Shown here piece by piece: positions 36,719 through 46,094 of a stretch of DNA of 64,000 nucleotides (the stretch's first letter is position 1; each line of letters begins with the position of its first letter). The DNA is from an uncultured Gammaproteobacteria bacterium (GTDB lineage Bacteria > Pseudomonadota > Gammaproteobacteria > Pseudomonadales > Azotimanducaceae): positions 2,648 through 66,647 of the forward strand of contig CAJWQG010000008.1 in NCBI GenBank assembly GCA_913045175.1. Reading direction: 5' to 3'. The notes beneath the pieces are model-generated. The model worked only from the letters and a program-made list of their open reading frames with translations. It searched no databases and was not told where the DNA came from. The translations under genes and the position numbers were made by a program.

Positions 36719-37455
36719 CCGACCGTCTGAAAGTCGCAACCATGCCGGACGGCAGCGCGGAGATTTTCCGTTCGCTCCAGGGCGAGGGTCCCAAGGCAGG
36801 ACAGCCGTCAATATTCCTCAGGCTCTCTGAATGTAACCTTGAGTGTCGCTGGTGCGATACTCCCTACACTTGGCGCTGGACGCGCGATCAGGTTCATGAT
36901 GACGACCGTGTCTATGAAAAAAAAGAATGGCAGGCAGAACTTTCGCTTGATGAGGTTGAAAAGAAAATACGCGACTTGCCTGGTTCAAGGTTAATCGTCA
37001 CAGGCGGCGAACCGTTGTTATTTCACAAACGGCTGGTGCCACTTTTTGCCGCATTGAACGATCGATTCACCGCGTTTGAATTTGAAACCAATGGCACGAT
37101 TGAACCCACTGCAGGTATTGATGAGTTTACTACTTTATATGTAGTTTCCCCGAAGCTGGCGAACGCAGGCATGTATGTTTCAAAAACAATTACGTCTGCG
37201 TTGCATGGTTTTGTACGCAACCCGAAGTCGGTGTTCAAGTTTGTTGTGAACGGTCAGGCAGATATAGATGAAGTAGCCAATATTGCCGCGTCCTATGACA
37301 TCTCACCCGATAGAATCTGGATCATGCCTTGTGCCAGAACTCCCAAGGATCTGTCGCGGCTATCGAAACAGCTTGCCGCATCAATTCTGGGCGCAGGATT
37401 CAACTACTCGCATCGTATTCACGTTGATTTGTTTGGGGACGCCCAGGGAACTTAA
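36715..37455 (+). CDS. queE: QueE-like radical SAM enzyme (7-carboxy-7-deazaguanine synthase family)
   Basis: 246 aa. FRSLQGEGPKAGQPSIFLRLSECNLECRWCDTPYTW matches the QueE N-terminus, including CX3CX2C. There is an ATGA start/stop overlap with the TauD-like gene. Confidence 0.7.
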   Translation: MTDRLKVATMPDGSAEIFRSLQGEGPKAGQPSIFLRLSECNLECRWCDTPYTWRWTRDQVHDDDRVYEKKEWQAELSLDEVEKKIRDLPGSRLIVTGGEPLLFHKRLVPLFAALNDRFTAFEFETNGTIEPTAGIDEFTTLYVVSPKLANAGMYVSKTITSALHGFVRNPKSVFKFVVNGQADIDEVANIAASYDISPDRIWIMPCARTPKDLSRLSKQLAASILGAGFNYSHRIHVDLFGDAQGT

Positions 37456-37469
37456 GTCGCATTGATCAG

Positions 37470-37485
37470 AGCGTCTATAGACGCT
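37470..37485. promoter_or_regulatory. Perfect 16-bp palindrome AGCGTCTATAGACGCT between queE-like and LLM genes
   Basis: Read directly from the sequence, 14 nt after the queE-like stop and 49 nt before ATG 37535. Whether it acts as an operator or a hairpin is unknown. Confidence 0.3.
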
Positions 37486-37534
37486 ACGCTGAAGACCGAC
37501 GATACAGAAGAAATTAACAGGCAGGGGAGATGAT

Positions 37535-38371
37535 ATGCACATCGGAGTTTCAATTTTTGCGACCGATTTTAGTATTGGTATGGATGAACTGGCACCAGAA
37601 GTTGAAAGTCGCGGCTTCGAATCGTTATTCGTTCCGGAACACACTCACATTCCTACCAGCCGACAATCCCCCTGGCCGGGGGGCGCAGATTTACCCAGGG
37701 AATACTGGCATACCTTCGATCCGTTCGTATCACTTTCATTTGCTGCGGCTAATACAAAGACACTAAAGATAGGCACCGGAATCTGCCTGCTCCCACAACG
37801 CGATACGCTCGTCACCGCGAACCTCGTGGCGAGTCTGGATCGGATGTCCGGGGGACGTTTTATATTTGGTATCGGCGGTGGCTGGAACAAGGAAGAGATG
37901 GCACACCATGGAATCAGCTACAACAAGCGCTTTGCCAGAATGGCCGAGCAGGTTAAGGCCATGCAGGCGCTCTGGAGTAATGACGCGGCCGAGTTCCATG
38001 GCGAACACGTGGACTTCTCTGAGAGCTGGAGTTACCCGAAACCAGTGCAAACGCCCCACCCGCCGATACTCCTTGGTGGTGAAACTGACCACACATTGCG
38101 CCGGATAGTCGACTACTGTGACGGTTGGCTGCCACGGGCACGACACGGCTTTGATGCGGTAGAGAATATTGCACGCCTGCAGAAGATTGCCGATGAAGCC
38201 GGTAGAGATATGTCGACGCTCTCCATCAATGTATTTGGTGCGGGCGCCGAAGAAGAGACCCTCGACGGCTACAGGGACGCTGGAATTAACAGGGTGCTGT
38301 TATCCCTTCCGTCAGCACCCAGAGATGAGGTGCTCCCGGTTCTGGACGGTTATGCTGCGCTTATAGACTGA
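37535..38371 (+). CDS. Luciferase-like monooxygenase (LLM) class oxidoreductase, F420-dependent-type subfamily
   Basis: 278 aa. SLFVPEHTHIP, LDRMSGGRFIFGIGGGWNKEE and FHGEHVDF..WSYPKPVQTPHPPILLGG resemble the actinobacterial F420-dependent LLM subfamily. Cofactor assignment is inference. Confidence 0.7.
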   Translation: MHIGVSIFATDFSIGMDELAPEVESRGFESLFVPEHTHIPTSRQSPWPGGADLPREYWHTFDPFVSLSFAAANTKTLKIGTGICLLPQRDTLVTANLVASLDRMSGGRFIFGIGGGWNKEEMAHHGISYNKRFARMAEQVKAMQALWSNDAAEFHGEHVDFSESWSYPKPVQTPHPPILLGGETDHTLRRIVDYCDGWLPRARHGFDAVENIARLQKIADEAGRDMSTLSINVFGAGAEEETLDGYRDAGINRVLLSLPSAPRDEVLPVLDGYAALID

Positions 38372-38385
38372 CTGCGCATTACTTC

Positions 38386-39447
38386 CTACTTATAGACCAT
38401 AATCGAGCGCCCGCGAATCTCACCGGCTTCGAGCGCGCGCACGCCTTCATTAATCTTGTCGAGTCCGTCGTATATGGTGGTAATCATCTTGTCGAGTGGT
38501 AGCTCGCCCTTCTGAAACCAGTCTATGTATTGAGGATAGTCGACAGCAGGGTGGCTGGACCCGCCAATAGAGCCGATCAGGTGCTTCTCAGCACCTGGAA
38601 ATGCCTCTGGAGGAAGCACGACTGGTTCCATGGGAATGCCCACGACGACAGCAGTGCCACCTCGGCCAGCGCCTGTGCGGCCCGATCGAACAGCGGCAAG
38701 GATTTGTGGTGTAGTAATCGGTCCGCCAATAGCATCGAACGCATAATCTGCGCCGCCGCCCGTGAGTTCGCGAATTGCCTCGACCGCGTCGGTTTCGCTC
38801 GCGTTCACTGTGTGAGTCGCGCCGAAGGCTTTGGCAAACGTCAGCTTGTCGTCCGCCAGGTCGACAGCAATGATGGGGTTTGCACCAGCGATCTTGGCAC
38901 CCGCAATAACATTGATTCCCACGCCGCCCACACCAATGACGGCAACTGATTGGCCCGGCTGTACCTTGGCGGATCCCATCACGGCACCCACACCGGTGAC
39001 CGTGGCGCAGCCGACGATGGCGGTTGCTGCTGTTTCAACATCCTTTGTCAGTGGTACGACTAACTGCTCGTTAATAAGCGCCTGCTCGGACCAAGTGTTA
39101 ACTCCTGCTGTCCGTTCTTCACCTCGAAACTCGTAGCTGGTCGGGGGCAGGGCTGGGCTATCCATATTGATATCACGAGGCACCCAGGTGACCATGCAGT
39201 GGTCACCTTCTTTGATATGTGTCACCTCGTTGCCGACTTTGACAACGACCCCGGTTCCCTCGTGCCCAAGCAACGATGGCGTCCGCGCTGCTGGACTGTG
39301 GATATGGTGAAGCTGGGAGTGACAGATGCCAGAGGCAAAATGCTCCACGAGTACTTCAGGTCCCTGTGGGTCCTGCAGAACAATCTCTTCAACAGCCAGC
39401 GGCTTTCCATGTTCTACCAATACCGCCGCACGGGTTTTTGTTGCCAT
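38386..39447 (-). CDS. Zinc-type (MDR) alcohol dehydrogenase family protein
   Basis: 353 aa with GICHSQLH, GHEGTGVV and VIGVGGVGINV (Rossmann fold). It is a tandem paralogue of 39463-40533. Confidence 0.8.
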   Translation of the reverse strand: MATKTRAAVLVEHGKPLAVEEIVLQDPQGPEVLVEHFASGICHSQLHHIHSPAARTPSLLGHEGTGVVVKVGNEVTHIKEGDHCMVTWVPRDINMDSPALPPTSYEFRGEERTAGVNTWSEQALINEQLVVPLTKDVETAATAIVGCATVTGVGAVMGSAKVQPGQSVAVIGVGGVGINVIAGAKIAGANPIIAVDLADDKLTFAKAFGATHTVNASETDAVEAIRELTGGGADYAFDAIGGPITTPQILAAVRSGRTGAGRGGTAVVVGIPMEPVVLPPEAFPGAEKHLIGSIGGSSHPAVDYPQYIDWFQKGELPLDKMITTIYDGLDKINEGVRALEAGEIRGRSIMVYK

Positions 39448-39462
39448 GACGTTTCTCCTGCG

Positions 39463-40533
39463 CTACTCAAATACAATAATAGAACGGCCGCGGACTTCGC
39501 CTGCTGCGAGTGCGCGAATGCCTTCATGGATATCGTCGATGCCGGTATAAGTCATTGTCACCATTTCATCCAGTGGTAGCTCTCCTTTTTTAAACCACTC
39601 GATGTATTCAGGGTAATCAACGTCAGGGTGGCTGGAACCACCAAAGGACCCAATGAGTGATTTCTCGCCGATTGGGAACGCCCACTGATTAATTGTGAAG
39701 TTGTCCTGTGGCATACCGACCACGACGGCGACGCCGCCTCTGTCAATGCCCAGGCGACCAGCACGAACGGCGTTGAGGATTTGCGGCGTCGTCACCGGCC
39801 CGCCGATCGCGTCGAACGCGTAGTCGGCGCCGCCGCCGGTAAGCTCCTGTATGGCTTTTACGGCATCGGTCTCTGAAGCGTTTACGGTATGCGTCGCGCC
39901 AAACGTTTTGGCGTACTCCAGCTTGTCATCGGTGAGATCCACCGCAATGATAGTGTTAGCGCCAGCAATTTTTGCACCGGCAATGACGTTAACACCGACA
40001 CCACCCACGCCGATAACCGCAACTGATTGACCTTTCTGCACATTTGCAGTGTTGAGGACGGCTCCCACACCGGTAACCGTTGCGCAGCCCACGATGGAGG
40101 TTGAAGCTGTGGTGACATCCTTGGGAAGAGGCAAAACCATCTGCTCATCGACCAGCGCATGCTCAGACCAGGTGTAACAGTTACCAGCGTCATGCTCCTC
40201 TCCGCGAAAAGTAAACCTGGTATTCGCCGCGGGACGCCCTTCTGGTTGAGCATTCCGCGGAACCCAGGTCAGCATACAATGATCGCCTTCCTTGAGATGA
40301 GTGACATCGCTGCCGACTTTTAGGACAACGCCAGTACCTTCGTGTCCGAGTATCCCCGGTGTCCGCTGTTGGGGCCACGTGAGTTGATGCAGCTGGGAGT
40401 GACAGATTCCCGTCGCAAAGAGCTTCACCAGGACTTCCGAACCTACCGGATCTTCCAGCATAATCTCTTCAACCACCACACCGTTGTTGTGTTCCACCAT
40501 TACCGCTGCGCGAGTTGTTGTTGTCATCCCCAC
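39463..40533 (-). CDS. Zinc-type (MDR) alcohol dehydrogenase family protein
   Basis: 356 aa, with the same motifs and colinear with 38386-39447. Confidence 0.8.
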   Translation of the reverse strand: MGMTTTTRAAVMVEHNNGVVVEEIMLEDPVGSEVLVKLFATGICHSQLHQLTWPQQRTPGILGHEGTGVVLKVGSDVTHLKEGDHCMLTWVPRNAQPEGRPAANTRFTFRGEEHDAGNCYTWSEHALVDEQMVLPLPKDVTTASTSIVGCATVTGVGAVLNTANVQKGQSVAVIGVGGVGVNVIAGAKIAGANTIIAVDLTDDKLEYAKTFGATHTVNASETDAVKAIQELTGGGADYAFDAIGGPVTTPQILNAVRAGRLGIDRGGVAVVVGMPQDNFTINQWAFPIGEKSLIGSFGGSSHPDVDYPEYIEWFKKGELPLDEMVTMTYTGIDDIHEGIRALAAGEVRGRSIIVFE

Positions 40534-40683
40534 TCTCCCAAAAAAAACAAGGTGTCAATCATACCGTACCCTCCACCCAGGGGAATACGGGTGAAAATTG
40601 GGTGATTTCGAAACGCCGTTTCTTGCCTTTTGTGAATTACCCACCTATCTTGCGGGGAGTTAACCACCTTTAGTGGGATTGAA

Positions 40684-42384
40684 ATGAGTCATGATTTAGT
40701 TATAAGGCAGGGCAATATAGTAGACGGCACCGGTGCAGATGCATTTGTGGGCGACGTGGCGATTGACGGTAATGTGATTACCGAGATTGGCGATGTGTCC
40801 GGCAAGGGAAAACGGGAGATTGAGGCAGAGGGACACGCAGTAACGCCAGGTTTTATGGACCTGCACACTCACCTCGACGCACAGATTGGCTGGGATCCGA
40901 TGCTGACCTCTATTAGCTGGCACGGCGTGACGACGGCGCTTATGGGTAATTGCAGTGTTTGTTTTGCGCCAGTAAAGCCGGACGGTCATCAGTTCCTGGC
41001 TGAAATGATGGAGTCGGTGGAGAACATTCCCAGAGAGACTATTCTTGAAGGACTGCCTTGGGACTGGGAATCCTATGGTGAATACCTGGATTCAATAGAA
41101 AAGAATAACCCGGGCATCAACGTAGCCGGGATGGTTGGTCACAGTGCGCTGCGCTATTACGTCATGGGTGAACGGGGTGTCGATGAAGACCCCAACGAAG
41201 AAGAGACCAAACAAATGGCTGCCCTTGCGGCCGAGTCAATTCGTCAGGGCGCGATTGGTTTTTCAACCAATCGTCTGCGGGGACATAAACTGCCGGATGG
41301 TCGACTTATTCCGGGTACCCTTGCGCCGATGGAAGAAGTGGTTGAGATTAATAAGGCGGTAGGTGCTGAAGGCGGCATCATGCAGGTAGTGGCGAATACA
41401 CCTGCTGTAAAGATGAAGATATTCGACTACGAAATGGAGCTATTCGAGCAGGCCATGCGCACCGGTGGCAACCGACTGCTCTTCAGTTCGACCACGGATA
41501 CCTATGGTGATCTGCCCAGTCTTTTAGAAAGCTATGACCGATGTGTTGGCAAGATGCATGAAGATGGATTGCCAGTCTTTGGTACGACCGTACCGCGTCG
41601 GGGCGGCAACCTTTCAGGCCTGAAGAACAATTTCTTTTTCTCCACACCCAGTTGGAAAGAATTACGAAAAATGAGCTTTACGGAGCGTCTGGCTGCGATT
41701 CGGGATGAAGCATTTCGCAACAAGCTGATCAGTGAAGCCCGTGATGACGAGGGTTGCGATGCCATGGCGAAACGCATGGTTTGGCTTGGCCCGGATGAGA
41801 GCCCGAATTACATGCGTGACCTGGAAGACAACCTTTACAATGAAGCAAAGGCGCAGGGCAAGTGTGGCGCTGAGCTTTGGCTGGAACGCATGCTCGAGAG
41901 TGATGGCGAAACCATGTTCCATCAACCGTTCTTTAATATGGAATATGAGAAGACCTACGAAATGCTCTCCCGCGACTGGATCGTGCCGGGGCTCGGTGAT
42001 GCGGGCGCACATGTAACGTTTATCTGCGATTCCGGTTGGCCGAGTTTCTACCTGGGCCACTGGGTGCGTGAAACCGGCAGAATTGCCTTGCCGGAAGCAA
42101 TACGCAAGATGACCAGCTTACCGGCAACGGTACTGGGGTTAAGTGATCGCGGTACCCTTGCCGAGGGTATGAAAGCCGACATCAATGTCATCGATATGGG
42201 TCGAGTTGCTGAACGGCATCCAGAGATCGTCGATGATTTTCCTTGCGGGGCGAGCCGGCTGTTGCAAAAAGCAATGGGTTACAAGGCAACTGTCTGCAAC
42301 GGTGAAGTGATCCTTGAAGATGATGAGCATACTGGTGGTCGTGGCGGTGTTGTCGTCGGCTGCGGCAAACGCGCGGCAGGCTAG
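40684..42384 (+). CDS. N-acyl-D-amino-acid deacylase (D-aminoacylase) family amidohydrolase
   Basis: 566 aa with DLVIRQGNIVDGTG..GDVAIDGNVITEIG..PGFMDLHTHLD and GLGDAGAH. It is a paralogue of 11054-12697. Confidence 0.8.
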   Translation: MSHDLVIRQGNIVDGTGADAFVGDVAIDGNVITEIGDVSGKGKREIEAEGHAVTPGFMDLHTHLDAQIGWDPMLTSISWHGVTTALMGNCSVCFAPVKPDGHQFLAEMMESVENIPRETILEGLPWDWESYGEYLDSIEKNNPGINVAGMVGHSALRYYVMGERGVDEDPNEEETKQMAALAAESIRQGAIGFSTNRLRGHKLPDGRLIPGTLAPMEEVVEINKAVGAEGGIMQVVANTPAVKMKIFDYEMELFEQAMRTGGNRLLFSSTTDTYGDLPSLLESYDRCVGKMHEDGLPVFGTTVPRRGGNLSGLKNNFFFSTPSWKELRKMSFTERLAAIRDEAFRNKLISEARDDEGCDAMAKRMVWLGPDESPNYMRDLEDNLYNEAKAQGKCGAELWLERMLESDGETMFHQPFFNMEYEKTYEMLSRDWIVPGLGDAGAHVTFICDSGWPSFYLGHWVRETGRIALPEAIRKMTSLPATVLGLSDRGTLAEGMKADINVIDMGRVAERHPEIVDDFPCGASRLLQKAMGYKATVCNGEVILEDDEHTGGRGGVVVGCGKRAAG

Positions 42385-42415
42385 GTGTCATGGTCATGGG
42401 TTGCCTGGGTAAGCT

Positions 42416-44275
42416 ATGTCCATAGATAGTCCCAATAAGACTTCGCCTATTTCAGCGAGCAATGCCGATATTCAGGACGCGCTAACGGATGCACATGATC
42501 AATCGCTGCGGATGGCGCTTATCCAGATTACACGCGACGAGGCATTGCTGAGCGACCGTTACGCAGATCGCGAAGTGTTACACGATTTTGCCCTTGAAGT
42601 TATCTCTGGGATTAGCGATGGCGCTCAGTCGGTTGCCACGGACCTGCCGGATGCCCTGTCTGTTCACCAGATGATGCAGACGATGGTCGACGGTGACATA
42701 CCCAAAGAATACGTCCCCATGATGATGCAGGAAATGTCGCTCATCGAGCCGGACAGATGGTACGAAGACATTCCCGAGGAGAAACGCGCTGAGTTAAAAG
42801 TAGCTGTGATTGGTGTGGGGCTGTCCGGCATCCTCGCGGCAATTCGCTTGCAGGAAGCCGGCATTTCCTTCGTAGTATTTGAAAAAGATAGCGAAGTAGG
42901 TGGCACCTGGTTTGAGAATAGCTATCCAGGCTGTCGCGTCGATGTTCCCAGTCATTTCTATAGTTACTCGTTCGCACCAAACCATAGTTGGTCGTCGCAT
43001 TTTTCTCCGCGCGATGAATTGTTCAAGTATTTCAATGAGGTTGTTGATCAATATGAGTTGCGGCAGCACATTCGTTTTAACACCGATGTGTCGTCGGCCG
43101 AGTATATAGACAACGGTCGCTGGCTGGTGACAACGGAAAGTGGGGATGCGGATGAATTTAATGTCGTGATCAGTGCCGTCGGCCAGTTGAATCGTCCCAG
43201 GCTGCCGGACATTAAAGGGCTCAACGACTTTAAAGGCACTACTTTTCATTCAGCGGCCTGGCGTGATGATGTAGATCTTTCCGGAAAGAGATTTGTTGTT
43301 ATCGGCACTGGTGCCAGCGCTTTCCAGTTCGTCCCGGAGATCTCGAAGGAGGCGCAGCACGTTTCGGTACTGCAGAGATCACCGCCCTGGTTGATGCCAA
43401 CCCCCCATTACCACCATGAGGTTCAGGCGGGGCATCAGTGGTTACTGAGGTATGTACCCTACTATGCAAACTGGTATCGGTTCTGGTTGTTCTGGACTGG
43501 TTGTGATGCGTTTCTTAAAACACTGACCGTCGATGAAAACTGGCGTGAACCGGGTTCCATTAACGCGGCGAGTGAAAAGCTTCGCGAGTCGGTTACTGCG
43601 TATATGGCCAGTCAGGTTCACGATGATGATCTGTTGAGCAAGATCATTCCGGACTATCCTCCCGGGGGCAAACGCCCGCTTCGCGATAACGGTCTGTGGC
43701 TAGCCGCGCTGCAGAGGGACAATGTCGATCTTATTACCGATCCTATCAGCGAAATAACTTCGAGCGGTGTTGCGCTGGCAGGAGGCGCAACGATTGATGC
43801 AGATGTCATTATTTGCGCCACAGGGTTTCAGGCGGACCACTTTCTGTGGCCTATGGATATTACTGGACGCGATGGTGTGCCGCTGAATGAGTACTGGGGT
43901 TCGAATCCCAGAGCCTACCTCGGCATGACGGTGCCACAGTTTCCCAACCTGTTCTGCCTCTATGGACCCAATACCAATCTCGTTCATGGTGGCAGTATCA
44001 TTTTTCACTCTGAGTGCCAGGTTAACTACATCATGGGATGCCTTCGTGAGTTGCTGACAACCGCACACAAATCACTGGAGCCCAGAGCGGAAGTGGCCGA
44101 GGCGTTTTATCAAAGAGTCGATGATGCGAATCGAAAAAGGGCCTGGGGGATTCCCGAGGTCAATAGCTGGTATAAGAACAGGGAAGGTCGGGTCACCCAG
44201 AACTGGCCGTTTCGCCTTGTCGACTACTGGCGAGAGACCCATGAGTTGAAAAAGGCGGATTTTTTCTGGCGCTAA
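42416..44275 (+). CDS. Class B flavoprotein monooxygenase (Baeyer-Villiger monooxygenase-like) with ~125-aa N-terminal extension
   Basis: 619 aa with VAVIGVGLSGILAA (FAD), FKGTTFHSAAWRD (BVMO fingerprint FxGxxxHxxxW[P/D]), and VVIGTGASAFQ (NADPH). Confidence 0.75.
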   Translation: MSIDSPNKTSPISASNADIQDALTDAHDQSLRMALIQITRDEALLSDRYADREVLHDFALEVISGISDGAQSVATDLPDALSVHQMMQTMVDGDIPKEYVPMMMQEMSLIEPDRWYEDIPEEKRAELKVAVIGVGLSGILAAIRLQEAGISFVVFEKDSEVGGTWFENSYPGCRVDVPSHFYSYSFAPNHSWSSHFSPRDELFKYFNEVVDQYELRQHIRFNTDVSSAEYIDNGRWLVTTESGDADEFNVVISAVGQLNRPRLPDIKGLNDFKGTTFHSAAWRDDVDLSGKRFVVIGTGASAFQFVPEISKEAQHVSVLQRSPPWLMPTPHYHHEVQAGHQWLLRYVPYYANWYRFWLFWTGCDAFLKTLTVDENWREPGSINAASEKLRESVTAYMASQVHDDDLLSKIIPDYPPGGKRPLRDNGLWLAALQRDNVDLITDPISEITSSGVALAGGATIDADVIICATGFQADHFLWPMDITGRDGVPLNEYWGSNPRAYLGMTVPQFPNLFCLYGPNTNLVHGGSIIFHSECQVNYIMGCLRELLTTAHKSLEPRAEVAEAFYQRVDDANRKRAWGIPEVNSWYKNREGRVTQNWPFRLVDYWRETHELKKADFFWR

Positions 44276-44354
44276 GGGCTTCTTTCGCTAGGCGATGGTG
44301 ATCCGGCTTCACTCCGGCGATAATAGGCCGACGCGATAACCTGCAGTATTTTCG

Positions 44355-46094
44355 ATGCACTTCAAGAATCTGATTGTCCTCCTGGTATTACTGATCACTG
44401 CCTGCGGTGGTGGTAGTGGCGGCAGCGGCACGGGACCGATGACCCCGGCACCCGGCAATACGGTGGATGACACAGAAAATCCCCCACCGGATCCCGACCC
44501 TGATCCCGACCCCCAGACTGGGTTCACTGACGTTACTGCTGCTTCAGGATTCAGTTACATATCCGGTGTGGTCTACGATGATGAAGACATCACTGATGCG
44601 GATATATCCGTCCGTATGATCGCAACAAACGGCGCGGCGGCTGGGGATTACGATAACGATGGTGACATTGATGTCTTTATTGTGCGTGGGAATTTCGGTG
44701 CCAACCAACTCTATCGCAACGACGGCGGACTGACATTTACGGACGTGGCCGAAGAAGCGGGCGTTGCGCTTCTCGGACCAGGAGAATCCACCAGTCGACA
44801 GTCAGGTCCCACTTTTGCGGATGTGGATGGTGATGGCGACCTCGACCTTTTTATGCGCGGAGTCAAAGAAGAATCCGTACTCATGCGTAACGATGGTGAT
44901 GGTACGTTTACAGATGCGACGAACGAGGCAGGGCTCCTGTTTCTGCGGCGCCATGGAATGTCATCCGCATTTGGTGATTATGATATGGACGGTGATCTTG
45001 ATCTTGTCACGACACACTGGGGTTCACCACAAGATCGTGACGATCCCGGAGATACGGAGCATCTGTGGCGCAACGATACCGAGGGTGACAATATCGCGTT
45101 CACCAGCGTGAGTGAGCTGGCGCAAATTTCCCCCAGTATTGCCCAGTTGCCGGATCCGAACGCATTTAGATATGACACCGATCGCACATTTACACCGACG
45201 TTCGCTCGTATCGACGATGATCGATTTCCCGATCTGCTTATGGTGGCGGATTTCAATCAGACTCAGTACTTCCACAACAATGGAGATGGTACCTTCGAAA
45301 ACAGTACTGACGTAGAAGTGTTTGTGGATGGTAATGGTATGGGCTCAGCGGTGGGTGATTATGATAACGACGGTGATTTGGATTGGTTTGTTAGTAGCAT
45401 TCTGCACCCCAGTGATGATCCGATGCCCAATACCGTCCTGTCTGAGTTAGGCAATCGGTTGTATCAGAACCATCAGGGAGTGTTCACCGATGTAACCGAT
45501 GAAGCAGGTGTGGCGGATGGCGGTTGGGGCTGGGGTGCCTGTTTTATTGATTTTGAAAACGATGGTGATCTGGATATCTATCACACCAATGGGTGGCAGG
45601 AAGAAGTACTGACGCTGCGGGACTTTCCCGAACATGAGGGTTATCAGATGGATGCCGGCCGCGCGTTCGTTAACCAGTCCGACGGCACGTTTGTGGAGCA
45701 GGCCGAAACCCTTGGGCTCCATGATACTGAGATGGGGCGCGGCGTAGTCTGTGCGGACTTCGATAATGACGGCGATACCGATATTTTACTATTGGCCGAT
45801 GGACCTACGCTGTGGCGAAACGATGAGTCCGGTAACGAATACCTTAAGGTGCGGCTTATCGGTACAGCTCCGAATACTGAAGCGGCCGGCGCACGCATCT
45901 CATTGTCGTCGGAAAATACAAACCAGATTCGGGAAATCTCCATTGGGAGCAATTTCCTGTCCCAGAATCCAGCAATTCAACTATTTGGCCTGGGCTCCGA
46001 TACCAGCGCGGATATTACCGTCAGCTGGCCGGATGGGTCTGAAACCGTAATGACTGATGTTGCGAGCGGTCAAACGCTGGAGATTGCTCAATGA
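44355..46094 (+). CDS. FG-GAP/VCBS repeat lipoprotein with C-terminal ASPIC/UnbV domain (CRTAC1 family)
   Basis: 579 aa with lipobox LLITAC followed by a Gly/Ser linker and a PDPDPDPDP run. It has repeated DYDNDGDxD FG-GAP Ca-binding motifs and the C-terminal YLKVRLIG..GARI..REISIGSNFLSQ..VSWPDG. Confidence 0.75.
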   Translation: MHFKNLIVLLVLLITACGGGSGGSGTGPMTPAPGNTVDDTENPPPDPDPDPDPQTGFTDVTAASGFSYISGVVYDDEDITDADISVRMIATNGAAAGDYDNDGDIDVFIVRGNFGANQLYRNDGGLTFTDVAEEAGVALLGPGESTSRQSGPTFADVDGDGDLDLFMRGVKEESVLMRNDGDGTFTDATNEAGLLFLRRHGMSSAFGDYDMDGDLDLVTTHWGSPQDRDDPGDTEHLWRNDTEGDNIAFTSVSELAQISPSIAQLPDPNAFRYDTDRTFTPTFARIDDDRFPDLLMVADFNQTQYFHNNGDGTFENSTDVEVFVDGNGMGSAVGDYDNDGDLDWFVSSILHPSDDPMPNTVLSELGNRLYQNHQGVFTDVTDEAGVADGGWGWGACFIDFENDGDLDIYHTNGWQEEVLTLRDFPEHEGYQMDAGRAFVNQSDGTFVEQAETLGLHDTEMGRGVVCADFDNDGDTDILLLADGPTLWRNDESGNEYLKVRLIGTAPNTEAAGARISLSSENTNQIREISIGSNFLSQNPAIQLFGLGSDTSADITVSWPDGSETVMTDVASGQTLEIAQ

